Counted from the stretch's first letter, positions 33,916-51,037 are shown. The stretch: DNA of 64,000 bases from the human T2T-CHM13v2.0 reference genome, Homo sapiens (GCF_009914755.1 NC_060931.1), one strand, 5' to 3'. Translations and numbers: made by a program. Notes: a model not told the origin generated them from the sequence alone.

Positions 33916-34330
33916 AGAAAAAAAACGCATCTATGGGTCTGCAGAAAAGAGGCAAAGGACTGGTCAAGGCAAAATACATTACACAACTATTTTTCAAAAC
34001 TCAGTACAGAAGCATTTTCTCTCTTCTTCCCTCTGCTCTCTCAGTGCCCTCCTTCCTCCCTCTACCCTGCTCACTCCAGGCATGCAGACATCATGCTGGG
34101 GTCCTCCAGAGCTCGGGTGACCTCTGCTCTAATCCCCTCCTCCACCTTGAACGTCATTTCTCACCAAGATGACGAACTTGTCCGCCATTCCCTAGTTCCC
34201 AAGAAGTCCCAAAGCAAATGTCCAGATTCCTCCTTTCCCCTAAGATTCAGACCCACATTTTCACCTGTCCCGTGGGAACTTGCCCCTACATGTCCCATGT
34301 GGAACTCATGCTCTCCCCAAATACCTCTTT

Positions 34331-34871
<541 letters not shown>

Positions 34872-34993
34872 AGAGCAACTTACTTTTAAATCTCTCAGGA
34901 AGAAAACAAATTGGCCCAGATTTGAGTCAGGTGTTTATCCCTAGGCTGACCACATATGACCACAAAGATGTAGTCATTCCAGAAGAAGGTAGC

Positions 34994-35598
34994 TGCAGTG
35001 GGTAGAATTCTAAAAATGATACTCCCAAGATCCTGACCCTTGGTTATTAAATCAAATATTCATCTAGGGACTGCTATGAAGGAATTTTGAAGATGTCATT
35101 AAAGTCTCAAGTCAGTTAACCTAAAACAGGGTGAGGTGGGCCTGACCCAATCAGGTGAGCCCTTAAAATCAGGGAACTTTCTCTGGTTTGTAGCAGAAGG
35201 AGGTGTCAGAGAGATTCAAAGCAGAAGGACTCAGTGTGCTGGTGTTGTTTTTGAAAATGGAGAGAAACCACAAGCAAGGCCCAGAGTTCAGCCCCTAGAA
35301 GTGGAGAGTGACCCCCAGCCAGCAGACAGCAAGGAGTCGGAACTACAGTCCTACAACCGCAGGGAACTAAATTCTTCCAACAACCTGAATAAGCTTGGCA
35401 GTAGATTCTTCTTAGACTTTCCATGGGAGAACCCAGCCTGGCTAACATCTTGATTTTAGCCTTGTGAAACCCCAAACAGAGAACTCAATCAAGCCCACCC
35501 AGACTTCTGACCTGAGATGCTGCAAGATCATGGATGGATGTTGTTTTAAGCCTATAAGGTTGTGATGATTTGTCACACAGCAAGAGGAAAGGAATATA
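34994..35598 (+). mobile_element. MaLR solo LTR (MLT1E-like)
   Basis: 'cagtcctacaaccgcagggaactaaattc...gttttaagcc...cacacagca'; TSD gtagc/gcagc. Confidence 0.85.
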
Positions 35599-36040
35599 GC
35601 AGCTATCTGGGATATCTTTTGGGAATGGTGGGGCCAGTGAGGAGGGCTTCCCAGAGGAGAGGGAGTGCTATGCAGACGATTCCACACAACTCACTTTAAA
35701 TAGTACCATTGGCTTCTATCTGATTTTTTGTGGTTGTTGTTGCTTTCTCTACTCCTTATGAGATTTACTTTGGAACTTCATGATAAGACCTTGTAAAACG
35801 AAGCATTAAAATTGCAATCACTTTTATCCTAATCTAAATATATTTGTTTTACCATTGCCAAAGTCTAATATACCATAATCTTTCCCACACATCATTGTAT
35901 ACAGTTGTAATAAGCTTAATAAATTTCTCCCACTACCTTCATCTCTCACTTCTCACACCCTTTCTCTATTTTTCCCTGTCTCTCTCTCTCACACACACAC
36001 ACACATGTGCATGCACAACCAAAATGCCCATTTATCTCTC

Positions 36041-36324
36041 TTTTTTTTTTTTTTGAGATGGAGTCTTGCTCTGTTGCCCAGGCTGGAGTGCAGTGGTGCA
36101 ATCTCAGCTCACTACAACCTCCGTCTCCCAGGTTCAAGCGATTCTCCTGCCTTGGCCTTCTGAGTAGCCTGAGATTACAGGCATGCACCACCCACCTGGC
36201 TAATTTTTTTATATTTTTAGTAGAAATATGTTGGCCAGGCTGGTCTCGAACTCCTGACCCCAAGTGATCTTGCCTCAGCCTCCCAAAATGCTAGGATTAC
36301 AGGCATAAGCCATCACACCCAGCC
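36041..36324 (-). mobile_element. Alu (AluS-like)
   Basis: Alu with small internal deletions. Confidence 0.88.
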
Positions 36325-36656
36325 CCCTTTATAAACTCTTAATTGGAAGAAAATAAAGTGCCATTTTCACGAAGAAAATAAAGGCATCTACACTGTCTGC
36401 TAATTCTGACTTACGAACATGAACTTTTTGGAATTAGAGCAAAATCTGAATCCCAGCTGCCTGATCTCTTCCTCTCTGTTTTATCGACTGTCAAATGGGT
36501 ACAATAATATCACCGACCTCATAGCATTCCTGCCATCATGTTGGCCCATCAGGCCCTTAGCAGCTGCCTAGCACAAAGTCTGTACTCAGTTAATAGGGGC
36601 CATTACTGTTGTAAAGGAGATGAATGAGCGTAGACCTTTAAAGTTAAGGACATTAG

Positions 36657-36958
<302 letters not shown>

Positions 36959-37107
36959 TTAAGGACATTAGAATCAGCTCAGCTGGCTCAGCTGATGCTA
37001 GCTAGGGGCCCTGAGCTAACAGTTCATTTTGGTTAATCATTTTGAGTTTAGCCAGGTCCAAATAATTGCTCTCACTGGCTCTAAGTTCATGCTTTCTGCC
37101 ATTTCTG

Positions 37108-37396
37108 CTCATGCCTGTAATCCCAGCACTTTGGGAGGCCGAGGTGGGTGGATCACTTGAGGTCAGGAATTCGAGACCAGTCTGACAACCTAGCAAAACC
37201 CCATCTCTACTAAAAATACAAAAAATTAGCCAGGCCTGGTGGTTTGCGCTTGTAATCCAAGCTACTCAGGAGGCTGAGGCAGGAGAATCACTTGAACATG
37301 GGAGGCAGAGGTTGCAGTGAGCCAAGATTGGGCCACTGCACTACAGTCTGGACGACAGAGCCAGACTCCATCTGAAAAAAAAAGAAAAAGAAAAAG
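37108..37396 (+). mobile_element. Alu, 5'-truncated
   Basis: Starts at 'gctcatgcctgtaatccc'. Confidence 0.88.
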
Positions 37397-37969
37397 ACAT
37401 TAAAGGGGCAATTTGGTCAGTGAGTTGCCTCTGTCTCGTTTTTGAGTTACCTACAGACAGTCAGTTGGTCAGAAAGAGAGAAGAAGAAGGCAGTTAGGAG
37501 GCAATGATGACATCTCTTCTTTCTAGTGCCATTTCACAGAGTCAAGCCCAGGATCTTGAGTGCTCTGAGCACACTGCAAATCGACCTCCCCTCATCACGC
37601 GCTGTTCCCGTGGGCTGTGATTGCCACATCCTTGAGCACTGTCAGAGTCAGATTACTGAAGATGTCAGAAACAAAATAGGGGAGATAAAGTGTGCACGTA
37701 GAAGTGCAGAGTGAAGCGACAATTGCTCTTCATCTGAGTGCTAAAAAGAAAGGGTCAAAGAACGCAGAAAATGCAGCCAAGCTTGACGTGAGAAAGAGGA
37801 GCTTCACCAGCAGCAGCTCTTGGGACCCCAGCAGAGTCTGGTGAACAGCTCATTCCCACGAAGTCATTGAAGCATTTGGGGAAGTTTTTCACAGGGAGGG
37901 GCCCTAGTCCTGCCCAAGGTAGAGAGGTTTCCCTACATCTCAGGGAGCCCAGATAATAATGAAACCAGA

Positions 37970-38470
37970 CCAGGTTCTCAAAGTATGATCCCCAGACCAG
38001 CAGCATCAGCATCCCCTGGAACTTATTAGAAATGCAAATTCTTGGCCGAGCTCAGTGGCTCACACCTGTAATCTCAGCACTTTGGGAGGCTGAGGTGGGC
38101 GGATCACTTGAGGCCATGAGTTCAAGACCAGCCTGGGCAACATGGCGAAACTCCATCTCTACTAAAAATACAAAAATTAGCCAGGTATGGTGGTGCTGTC
38201 CTGTAATCCCAGCTACTCAGGAGGCAGGAGAATCACTTGAACCCGGGGGCAGAAGTTGAAGTGAGCTGAGATCACGCCACTGCACTCCAGCCTGGATGAC
38301 AGAGTGAGACTATGTCTCAAAACAAACAAACAAACAAAAAGAAATGCAAATTCTCAGGCTCTATCTCAGATCTACCGAATCAAAAACTCAGGCGCGATGG
38401 TCCAGCAAAGTGTGTTTCAACAAGCCTGCCTGGTGATTCTGATGCCACACTCAAGTTTGAGAACTATGAT
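37970..38470. mobile_element. MER5A (hAT-Charlie) split by an Alu (38044-38340 +)
   Basis: 'ttctcaaagt...cagcagcatcagcatc...agaaatgcaaattct' and '...ggtgattctgatg...agtttgagaac'; Alu TSD agaaatgcaaattct. Confidence 0.88.
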
Positions 38471-38625
38471 CTTAAGAGCCATAGGTTGCAACCAGTCAGA
38501 GCCTGTCTCCGCCCCATGGGAGGCAAGTGGAAGAGGTGGGACATTACAAAGACAGAGGACGCTACTGAATTTAGAACAGGAAACAGGATGCTGAACTCTC
38601 TGTGTGCAATCAACAATGATCTCAA

Positions 38626-39070
<445 letters not shown>

Positions 39071-39796
39071 TTCCACACCTAATTCCAGTGGAGCCCTGGG
39101 TAGAAATATATTGTAAAAGTTTCTCTTGGGCAAGGGGTTTTCCTTCTCACAAATATTTGCAAGAATTTTTTTTTTTTTGGAAACATATTATCTACCTCTC
39201 CAACCCAACCATCCATCATGACTGCACCTGACACCCACACCACAATCCTGCCACACAGAATGCCTCCCCCTTGAGCTTTTGCTTTTAACATGCTTCCTTC
39301 TGCCAGGAATGACTTATCCACCTCCATTCACCTACTCCTCATTCAAGCTCAGTTCAAGCATCTAGGGTCACATGAACTCCTTACACACACTTGTAACTTT
39401 TTATTGCACTGAATCATTTTCGTATTTGATTTCTCCTACTAAACACTAAGTACATTGGCTCTGACAACAATAATTGTGGGCTGGAATCCTGGTACTACCA
39501 CTTTCTCGATTCATCCCTGGAACCACTCCCAGTGGGGAAAAGTAGATATTGGAATTCAGCAATCAGATCAGCTACTCTTCCTCCCTCCCAGAGGAGAAAT
39601 TAATAGGCTGGTGGAGAGCGCTTACTTCAACATCACCATTCCCAGTAGGAGGGAGAGAAGACCCCTACTCTCTCCTCTGTGGCCAAATAAGATAGGTTGA
39701 GAGGAGGGATCTCTCAGTAAGACAAAAATAGTTTATCACCCCCAAGAATTTTCACCTGGAGAGCAGATAGACACTTTATGTCATGTCAGTGAACAG

Positions 39797-40846
39797 ACAC
39801 TCAATGCTCTTGTGATGGATTGAGTCTACACTCAGCGTTGGTGTGATAGGCTGAGTCTACACTCAGTGTTGATGTGATAGGCTAAGTCTGCACTCAGGGT
39901 TGGTGTGATAGGCTGTCTGCACTCAGCATTGGTGTGATAGGCTAAGTCTACATTCAGTGTTGGCGTGATAGGCTAAGTCTACACTCAGTGTTGGTGTGAT
40001 AGGCTAAGTCTGTACTCAGTGTTGGTGTGATAGGCTGAGTCTATACTCAGGGTTGATGTGATAGGCTAAGTCTGCACTCAGGGTTGGTGTGATAGGCTGA
40101 GTCTACATTCAGTATTGATGTGATAGACTAAGTCTACACTCAACGTTGATGTGATAGGCTAAGTCTATGCTCAGTGTTGGTGTGATAGGCTGAGTCTACA
40201 CTCAGGGTTGGTGTGATAGGCTGAGTCTACACTCAGGGTTGGTGTGATAGGCTGAGTCTACACTCAGGGTTGGTGTGATAGGCTAAGTCTACACCCAGGG
40301 TTGATTGATAGACTAAGTCTACACTTGACATTGATGTGATAGGCTAAGTCTACACTCAGGGTTGATGTGATAGACTAAGTCTAGACTCAGGGTTGGTGTG
40401 ATAGGCGGAGTCTACCCTCAGTGTTGATGTGATAGACTAAGTCTACACTCGACATTGATGTGATAGGCTAAGCCTACACTCAGTGTTGATGTGATAGGCT
40501 AAGTCTACACTCAGGGTTGGTGTGATAGGCTGAGTCTACACTCAGTGTTGGTTTGATAGGCTAAGTCTGCACTCAGTGTTGATGTGACAGGCTAAGTCTG
40601 CACTCGGGGTTGGTGTGATAGGATAAGCTAAGTCTACACTCAAGATTGGTGTGATAGGCTATCTATTCTCAGTGTTGGTGTGATAGGCTAAGTGTATGCT
40701 CAGTCTTGCTGTGATAGGCTGTCTATGCTTAGGGTTAGTATGATAGGCTAAGTCTACATTCAATATTAGTGTGATAGGCTAAGTCTCCACTCAGCGTTGG
40801 TGTGACAGGCTAAGTCTACTGATGAGCATGATAGGGTGAGACTACA
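39797..40846 (+). repeat. Minisatellite/VNTR, 31-bp unit GGTGTGATAGGCTAAGTCTACACTCAGTGTT, about 33 copies
   Basis: Head-to-tail tandem units with point variants and a few 28-bp units; degenerate ends merge into L2-like flanks. Confidence 0.95.
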
Positions 40847-41161
40847 GAGAGGAAACCCCTGTCAGCCTGAGGACTTATGCAGGATTTTCTCAAGAAGACC
40901 CCTGAGCTGAGACTTACAGCACCTCAGGAAGTTAATTAGGTGAAGAAAGGCAGGAACAACTTTATAGCAATAAAATAAAAGAATGTGATGAGTGAGGCCT
41001 GAAGAGGCCAAAATGTATGGTCATGGGAATATCCACCAGTAGTTTGGGGGCTGGAACATGAATTTTTAAAAAAGTCAGAGACTGGTAGAATTTCTGGCTG
41101 AAATGGTCAGCAGAGACCAGATTGTGAAGTGCTTTGCTCACTATAAGAGTTTAGAATTTGA

Positions 41162-41491
<330 letters not shown>

Positions 41492-41519
41492 TCATGTGTC
41501 AGATTTTTTTTTTACAAAG

Positions 41520-42090
41520 ATAATAATAACCGGCATTTAGTGAACATATTCAGTGAGCCAGGCATTGTTCTCTATGCACTATGGGTATCAATCTATTTAA
41601 TTATTTTTTCTTTTTTCTGTTATTTGTTGAGATGGAATCTCACTCTGTCACCTAGCCTGGAGTGCAATGGTGTGATCTCGGCTCACTGAAACCTCCGCCT
41701 CCCGGGTTCCAGCAATTCTCCTGCCTCAGCCCCCTGAGTAGCTGGGACTACAAGCATGTACCCCATGCCCAGCTAATTTTTGTACTTTTCGTAGAGATGG
41801 GGTTTCACCACATTGACCAGGCTGATCTTGAACTCCTGACCTCGGGTGATCCACCCGCCTCGGCCTCCCAAAGTGCTTGGATTACAGGCGTGAGCCACCG
41901 TGCCCGTCCTCCAGTTCATTTAATTCTTGTCAACTCCTTATGAGACCATTATTAACCTGTTTGTAGGTGGGGAAGCAAAGGCACAGAGAAATTAAGTAAC
42001 TCCTTCAAGGCCACATAGCTGGTAAGTGGACAATGGAGAATTTAAACGCAAACCATCTCTCTACGAAGCCAGTACGCTCAGTACCCTACT
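41520..42090 (-). mobile_element. MIR interrupted by a minus-strand Alu (41603-41909)
   Basis: 'ggcacagagaaattaagtaactccttcaaggccacatagctggtaagtgg' MIR; Alu TSD-like atttaatt. Confidence 0.8.
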
Positions 42091-42307
42091 GACCTCCCCA
42101 CTTCCGTGACTTCAGTCTTTCATACCTGAACCAAATGAAGGGACCCTTGGGAAGGGGGTCTGATATATCCTTCTTGACGATTTGGAAAAAGGTAGAGCTG
42201 TTTTTCAAATTCATAAACTACATATGTTACTTAGAGGAAACCACTAGGATTCCAATTTGTTCTTTGAAACCTGAGAAAAGGTGATTGGTTTCTCACGGAG
42301 TTGTTAA

Positions 42308-42450
42308 GATCAGGAAAAATAACTAATGGCTACTTGGCTTAATACCTGAGTGATGAAATAGTCTGTACAACAAACCCCCATGACACAAGTTTACCTGTGT
42401 AACAAACCTGCACATGTAACCCTAAACTTAAAATAAAAGTTAAAAATAAA
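42308..42450 (+). mobile_element. L1PA (old primate) 3' terminal fragment
   Basis: 'acaaacccccatgacacaagtttacctgtgtaacaaacctgcacatgta...cttaaaataaaagtt'. Confidence 0.85.
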
Positions 42451-42484
42451 GTAAGTTGGTGACTGTTTTAAAAAACAATTCCCA

Positions 42485-42796
42485 GACTGGGTACAGTGGC
42501 TCACGCCTGTAATCCCAGCACTTTGGGAGGATGAGGCAGGCAGATCACCTGAGTTCAGGAGTTCGAGACCAGCCTAGCCAACATGGTGAAACCACATCTC
42601 TACTAAAAATACAAAAATTAGCTGGGCATAGTGCCATGCTCCTGTAATCTCAGCTACTCAGGAGGCTGAGGCAGAAGAATCACATGAACCCAGGAGACGG
42701 AGGTTTCAGTGAGTCGAGACTGCGCCACCGCACTCCAGCCTGGGCAACAGAGCAAGACTCCACGTCAAAATAAAAAAGAAAAGAAAAAGAAAAGAA
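42485..42796 (+). mobile_element. Alu (AluS-like)
   Basis: Complete Alu. Confidence 0.9.
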
Positions 42797-44461
42797 TTCT
42801 CCCATTGATGTTATAAACTATTAAATAAAATTCTGTTTGACAACAAAAGATTAAACAATAAAACACATGAAATGTGTACCAGTGCACCTAGTACACTGCC
42901 TTTGACATAAAACAATAGGTTTCTGTCAAGTGTGATCAGCTTTTAGTATTGCATTTCACATCGGGCTGAAAACTTGCCCTCGTTATAGCATTCTTGAATA
43001 TCTTAAAATCAAGTAGGGAGATATGTTTGGGGTAGATGCGCCTCTGAACCCACACTAGTGCCACTGGGTAGATTTTAAACGTGGTCCTGATTTAGAACTT
43101 TTGGTGGAGTTAGAATAATGCAGAGTACATGCTGCATTTGTTGAATGAAAGAGAGAAAAAAGAGGAGAGGAAAAATGAATGAATATGAGAGCTACATTCT
43201 AACAACAAATGGAAAGTTATCTGGGGCACTAGAATTACCCATGGAGTAATGAGTCAGGAATTATTCTCCATGCTCTATAGGTAACAATTCATTGAATTCT
43301 TGACAACTCCTTATGAGACCACTATTAACCTGTTTGTTAATGCAGGGTTCCTTTGTTCCCACCAACTTGTAGGGACAGAGTGACATGCCCATATCACTGA
43401 GACAGGGCATTGGACTGGGACCGATAATCAAATTGGACTGCAGCGACGTATCAAAGTCACTGCAGACTCATTTCTATATGTGTTATTGGGAAAGGCCATT
43501 GAGAGGTTCTGAATGAAGATACCTGGGGATATCCCTAACTTCTGGGAATTCACTGCCCCAAAGTGAATGAATAGGTGTCATTAATTTAAGGTAGGAAGTC
43601 CTTACCTAGGTTTGCAATCATAAATGTGGACGGAGAAAATAATGTACATCCTTAATTTTCTCTTACCTTTAATTGAAATACAGCATTTCCTTCAATGATC
43701 AATGCAGATAGCAAACTGGCATAGAATTTGCAGTATCTGAGATTGTTCGTAATAGAAATCACACGTATTTTTATATCAATCACATCACACTGGTGCAGAT
43801 GCCACATAATATCAGTTACGCTCATCACGACTGCCAATAATTAGAATCATTATTAGATCTGTAGTTCCAACTTGCAACCTAATGTGTTAATAAAGAAACA
43901 TACCTATGACTATATCATAAATCCATTTTCGTAATGTTGCGATACATCATTTAAACGTAATTGGTTTTTCCTTTAATCTGAGTAATTTTATTTTATTCTT
44001 CAGAAATGGTATTCTGAGAGGGGGCCTCAGGGTTCCCCAGACTGGAAAGGGGTCCATGGCTTGAGTGGAGTGTAATGAATCTGCTGCCCAAAACCTCAAT
44101 GCATAGGACCTATCACTGCAGAATGTGCCTCTGCCCAGGGGCCTAAGGTGGGTATGTGGACTCTACATTCTGATGAAGAGGAAGAGAAATTTCACAAGGA
44201 AAGGGGTCTTTATGGAGTGCCTACTCTATAGCACATACTGTGTCTTACTGGAAATAATCCCCTATGATTCTAATAGGAAGCTCACAAGGTAAGAATGATT
44301 TTCCCCATTTTACAGATGAGGAAATTGTGGCTCAGGCAAGTGTAAGCATCCTGCTAGAAAATAAAGGACCTAGGAACAACTCAAACATAGGTCAGTTTGA
44401 CAGTCCACTCTCTGGCCATGGCAATGACAAGGAGACGTCATTTCAATAGAACTGTTGGACA

Positions 44462-44800
<339 letters not shown>

Positions 44801-44831
44801 TCACCAGAGAAGAAGCCACCATGGATGGTCT

Positions 44832-45596
44832 TTGAGGGGCACCACCCAGATGTCCCCTTATGAGAACCTGCTGTGAAGAAATCCAGCATCCCCACCTTCA
44901 GGACCTCTGCAGTGTTTGCTCTAAGGACACATTCTTTCCAGTCTATGCCTAGCCAATACTTGAGAAGAGCTGGGTTACTCAAGCCAGGCCATTCCTGCCT
45001 GATGAAGCATGCTTCTTCTAATGTCACCTGCCTGTAGCCTGAGGCTTCTCTCATTAAATCTCCCTTCCTTCCCTCTTCCCTTTCATGGGTGCCAGACCAG
45101 CATTGTGGTCTGAAGGCTCCCCTGGCCTGTCTCTGCTCACTGTCACCTTTATCCTTCACAACTATTTCTCTCAACCAATTTCTGGGGTTTTGTTTGTGTG
45201 TGTGTGTTTGTTTGTCTGTTTGTTTGTTTTAGAGAAGGGATCTTGCTTTGTCACCCCAGATAGAGTGCAGCGGCGTGATCATGACTCACTGCAGCCTCAA
45301 ACTCCTGGGCTCAAGCTATCCTCCTACCTCAGCCTCCTGAGGAGCTGGGATTACAGGCAGGCACCACCATGCCCTGCTAATTTTATTTTATTTTTTTTTA
45401 AGTTTCTTGTAGTGATAGGGACTTGCTATGTTGCCCAGGCTGGTTTTGATCTCCTGGCTTCAAGCAATCCTCCCACCTCAACCTCCCAAAGTGCTGGGAT
45501 TAAAGGCATGAGCCACTGTGCCCAGCCGATAAATTTATTGGATGTCTACTTCCATCCATCCTGGTATTTGCTTCTCATAGGGGCCAAATTAACACA
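44832..45596 (+). mobile_element. ERVL LTR (LTR33-like) interrupted by an AluJ (45188-45527 -)
   Basis: 'ggccattcctgcc...gtggtctgaaggctc...ggtatttgcttctca...aacaca' LTR33-type motifs. Confidence 0.7.
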
Positions 45597-45804
45597 TCAT
45601 CCAAATCTCAGAAAATCTCAGGGCCCCCGGGCCCCTGTGATCGGTAACCAAAGGAGAGTGTGTTTTTTGTGATAGTTTTGTGGGCTAGAGAAGAAAACCA
45701 AGCTCATCATCTAAGGAACATCACATGGGGAGTGCATCTTGGGAAAATAAATAGACATGGCATGGGGCAAGGTTGTTAAGACTTAAAACAACAGGGTCAT
45801 TCTA

Positions 45805-46000
45805 TTAAAAGTTGGGATAATGGTTACATTTGATAGAGAACACTTGCAGGGAGGGACATGAAAGGGAACTTCTGGGGTGCTGGTAACGTTCTGTTTCTTG
45901 ATCGGGGTGCTGATTAAACACGTGCTCAGTTTGCGACAATTCATCAAGATATTCATTTGTGATCTGTGCAGCTCTTTTCATCCTTTTGTTCCTCATTAGA
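45805..46000 (+). mobile_element. Old L1M (L1ME/MC) 3'UTR fragment
   Basis: 'ttctggggtgctggtaacgttctgtttcttgatc' motif. Confidence 0.7.
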
Positions 46001-47055
46001 AAGTTAGGGGGAAAGAAATGAGGTATATTTATGGCATCTAGCACCTTTCTTGGTGATGCAAAGTGCGAGGCCTGCTCTCTATAGGTATAGGATGTAATTT
46101 TATTAATTATTAATTATAACTATTAATAATAATTAATAATGCAATGCATTAATTAATATTAATGGTGGTGAGAGTAAGAGGTACTCTGCAAAAGCCCACG
46201 CAGGAGCTCCAGGGAACCCCGATTTTAACTTGGTTGTCCTTAACAAAGAACCCTGAGGCTATTTATCTTGGGGTCCTGAGTTGCTAACAGAGATTCTAGA
46301 CTCATCTGATATATGTGCCCTTCCCAGCCAAGCTTCAGTTAAATAAATAAATGACTCCCTTGCATCTTGACATTTTGGATATGTCAGAAAGAGAAGAAAT
46401 AGAGAGTTCTACAATCCTCTGGATTGCCTGTGGCAGGATGCAGTGCTTGACTTTGAAAGCGTGATGTGTAGCTTGCAGAGAGAATGAATCTGTCCGGGCG
46501 GAGAAATGTGGATATATGTTTGACAAATCAATTCTGTTTCTTGGAGGAGAGGGGAGGCTCCCTCAGAGGTCAGGCAGCTCAGTTTCCACAGGCAAAGCAG
46601 GGCAGAGGAGGTCCTGCAGCATCAAGGGACGTCCTCACGTTGATGCTTGCACAGGGACTCACTGGCATCACCTGGTCGTCTGGGAGCCACCGCGGCAAGA
46701 CTCTGAAATTAATGACATCCTCACCTCCACGAGCAGGTCCAGCCTCTGCCTTCAGTCTCACAGGTTCAGAAACATCTCTCAGCTAAAAGGCACAGAGCTC
46801 TCTGATAAATAGGGAAAGACTTCCATTGGATCAGAGGAGCCTGCCCAATAGTTGCTTTCTCCTGTCCGTTCAGCTGACTCTCCACCCCTAAGGTGCTCTC
46901 CTTGAATGCCCATGACTGGGGTCCTCTACCTCTTACCTGCAGGCAGAGGGAGCTGGCATTTTGGCGCCCAAGCAAGTTACAGTAATTATGCCCTCATATC
47001 AACAGCAGCACGTTAAGAGGCAGAATACTATATAGATTAAGAATCTGGATTAAGA

Positions 47056-47650
47056 TTGTAGAAGACAACGTGGCGATTCCTCAAAGGCCTGGAGGCAGAA
47101 CTACCATTTGATCCAGCAATCCCATTACGGGGTATATACCCAAAGGAATATAAATTGTTATATTATGAAGATACATGCATGCGTATGTTTATTGCAGCAC
47201 AATTCACAAGAGTAAAGACATAGAATCAACCTAAATGCCCATCAAGGATAGACTGGATAAAGAAAATGTGGTACTAATACACCATGGAATACTATGCAGC
47301 CATAAAAAGAAATTAGATCATGTCCTTCGCAGGGAAACGGTTGGAGCTAGAAGCCATTATCCTCAGCAAACTAACGTAAGAACAGAAAACTCAACACCAC
47401 ATGTTCTTACTTATAAGTGAGAGCTGAACAATGAGAGCACATGGACACAGGGAAGGGAACAAAACACACTGGGGCCTGTTGGGGGATGGTAGGGGGAGAG
47501 AGAGCATCATGATAAATAGCTAATGCATACAGGGTTTAATACCTAGGTGATGGGTTGATAGGTGTAGCAAACCACCATGACACACATTTATCTGTGTAAC
47601 AAGCCTGCACATCCTGCACATGTATCCCAGAACTTAAAATTAAATTAAAT
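47056..47650 (+). mobile_element. L1PA/PB 3' fragment (ORF2 C-terminus plus 3'UTR)
   Basis: 'accatttgatccagcaatccca...ggataaagaaaatgtgg...catgtatcccagaacttaaa'. Confidence 0.9.
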
Positions 47651-47762
47651 TAATTTTTTTTAAAAAAAGCTTATTGTAGTACTTACCTCAGAGGGTTATG
47701 ATAATTAAATTAGTTAATACATATAGACCCCTGTTTTTTTTCTTTTAAAAAAAAAGTTTATT

Positions 47763-48060
47763 GACCAGACACAGTGGCATCACACCTATAATTCCAGTGT
47801 TTTGGAGGCTGAGGCAGGAGGATCACTTGAGCCCAGGAGTTCAAGACTAGCCTGGGCAACATAGAAAGATCCCATCTCTACAAAAATTAAAATGAAAAGT
47901 TAGATGGATGGAGTGTCACTTGCCTGTAGTCCCAACTACTCAGGAAGCTAAGGTGGGAGGATTGCCTAAGCCCAGGAGTTCAAGGCTGCAGTGAGCTATG
48001 ACTGCACCACTGCACTCCAGCCTGGGTGATAGAGCAAGACCCTGTCTCTAAAGAAGAAAA
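47763..48060 (+). mobile_element. Alu (AluJ-like)
   Basis: Dimeric Alu; flanked by a ~63-85-bp direct repeat. Confidence 0.88.
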
Positions 48061-48176
48061 TATATATTCATTATAGTACTTAGTACTTAATTCAGAGGGT
48101 TATGAGAATTAAAGTCATTAATACATATAGACCACTGTTTTTTAAAAGTACATAGCAATTGATAAACATTAGCTAC

Positions 48177-48533
48177 TGATATGGTTTGGCTGTGTCCCCA
48201 ACCCAAATCTCACTTTGAATTGTAATAATCCCCACGTGTCAAGAGTGGGGCCAGGTGGAGGTAATGGAATCATGGGTGCAGTTTTCCCAACACTGCTCTT
48301 GTGATAGTGAATAAGTCTCATGAGATCTGATGGTTTTATCAATGGGAGTTTCCCTGCACAAGCTCTCTTACCTGCTGCCATGTAAGATATGCCTTTGCTT
48401 CTCCTTTGCTTTCTGCCATGATTGTGAGACGTCCCCAGCCATGTGGAACTGTGAGTCCATTAAACCTCCTTCCTTTAAAAATTACCCAGTCTCAGGTATG
48501 TCTTTATTAGCAGCATGAGAACAGAAAAATACA
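48177..48533 (+). mobile_element. MaLR solo LTR (THE1C-like)
   Basis: tgatatggtttggc...aataca; perfect TSD GCTAC. Confidence 0.92.
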
Positions 48534-48685
48534 GCTACTATTACTGTGGTGGTCATTAGTGTTGTTCAAATATTCCTTACTCTCTGTCTCCCAAGTACAT
48601 GGTACATGATAGGATTCCTCTTGTATAGATAAGTCAATGAAATATCCACAGAAGTATCACATGTCATTTCCACACAGAAATTTTA

Positions 48686-49202
<517 letters not shown>

Positions 49203-49272
49203 CTAGTCTATTCTGACTGAACATAAGCTAGTACCTAAAAATGAGGTGCTACCATAAAAAAAACTTCAAATT

Positions 49273-50673
<1,401 letters not shown>

Positions 50674-50848
50674 TATATAATATTTGCTTAGGATTCAGGG
50701 GGCGTACAATGAGGAAGCCATTATTGGAAGTTGGAATAATGGCAACCCTTGTCATGGAAGGCTAAATAGGTGGTAAAACTGTTACCTGCTATATACCAGA
50801 AAATATATGGTCTTTTTTGTTTGTTCGAGACGGAATCTTGCTCTGTAG

Positions 50849-51037
<189 letters not shown>

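Noticed and set aside
39797-40846. Regular 31-bp repeats resembling a CRISPR array
   Set aside because: Units are head-to-tail with no unique spacers, there are no cas genes, and the context is primate DNA; it is a minisatellite
43650-44060. Possible hAT-Charlie fragments (MER112/MER113-like)
   Set aside because: Resemblance too weak to delimit or name from memory
46095-46163. AT-only inverted repeat (ttattaattatta...taataattaataa)
   Set aside because: Low-complexity A/T sequence gives such symmetry by chance; far shorter than known translocation-prone AT-rich palindromes
47235-47420. ORF within the L1 fragment as a possible active element
   Set aside because: Only ~600 bp of a degraded L1 3' end is present
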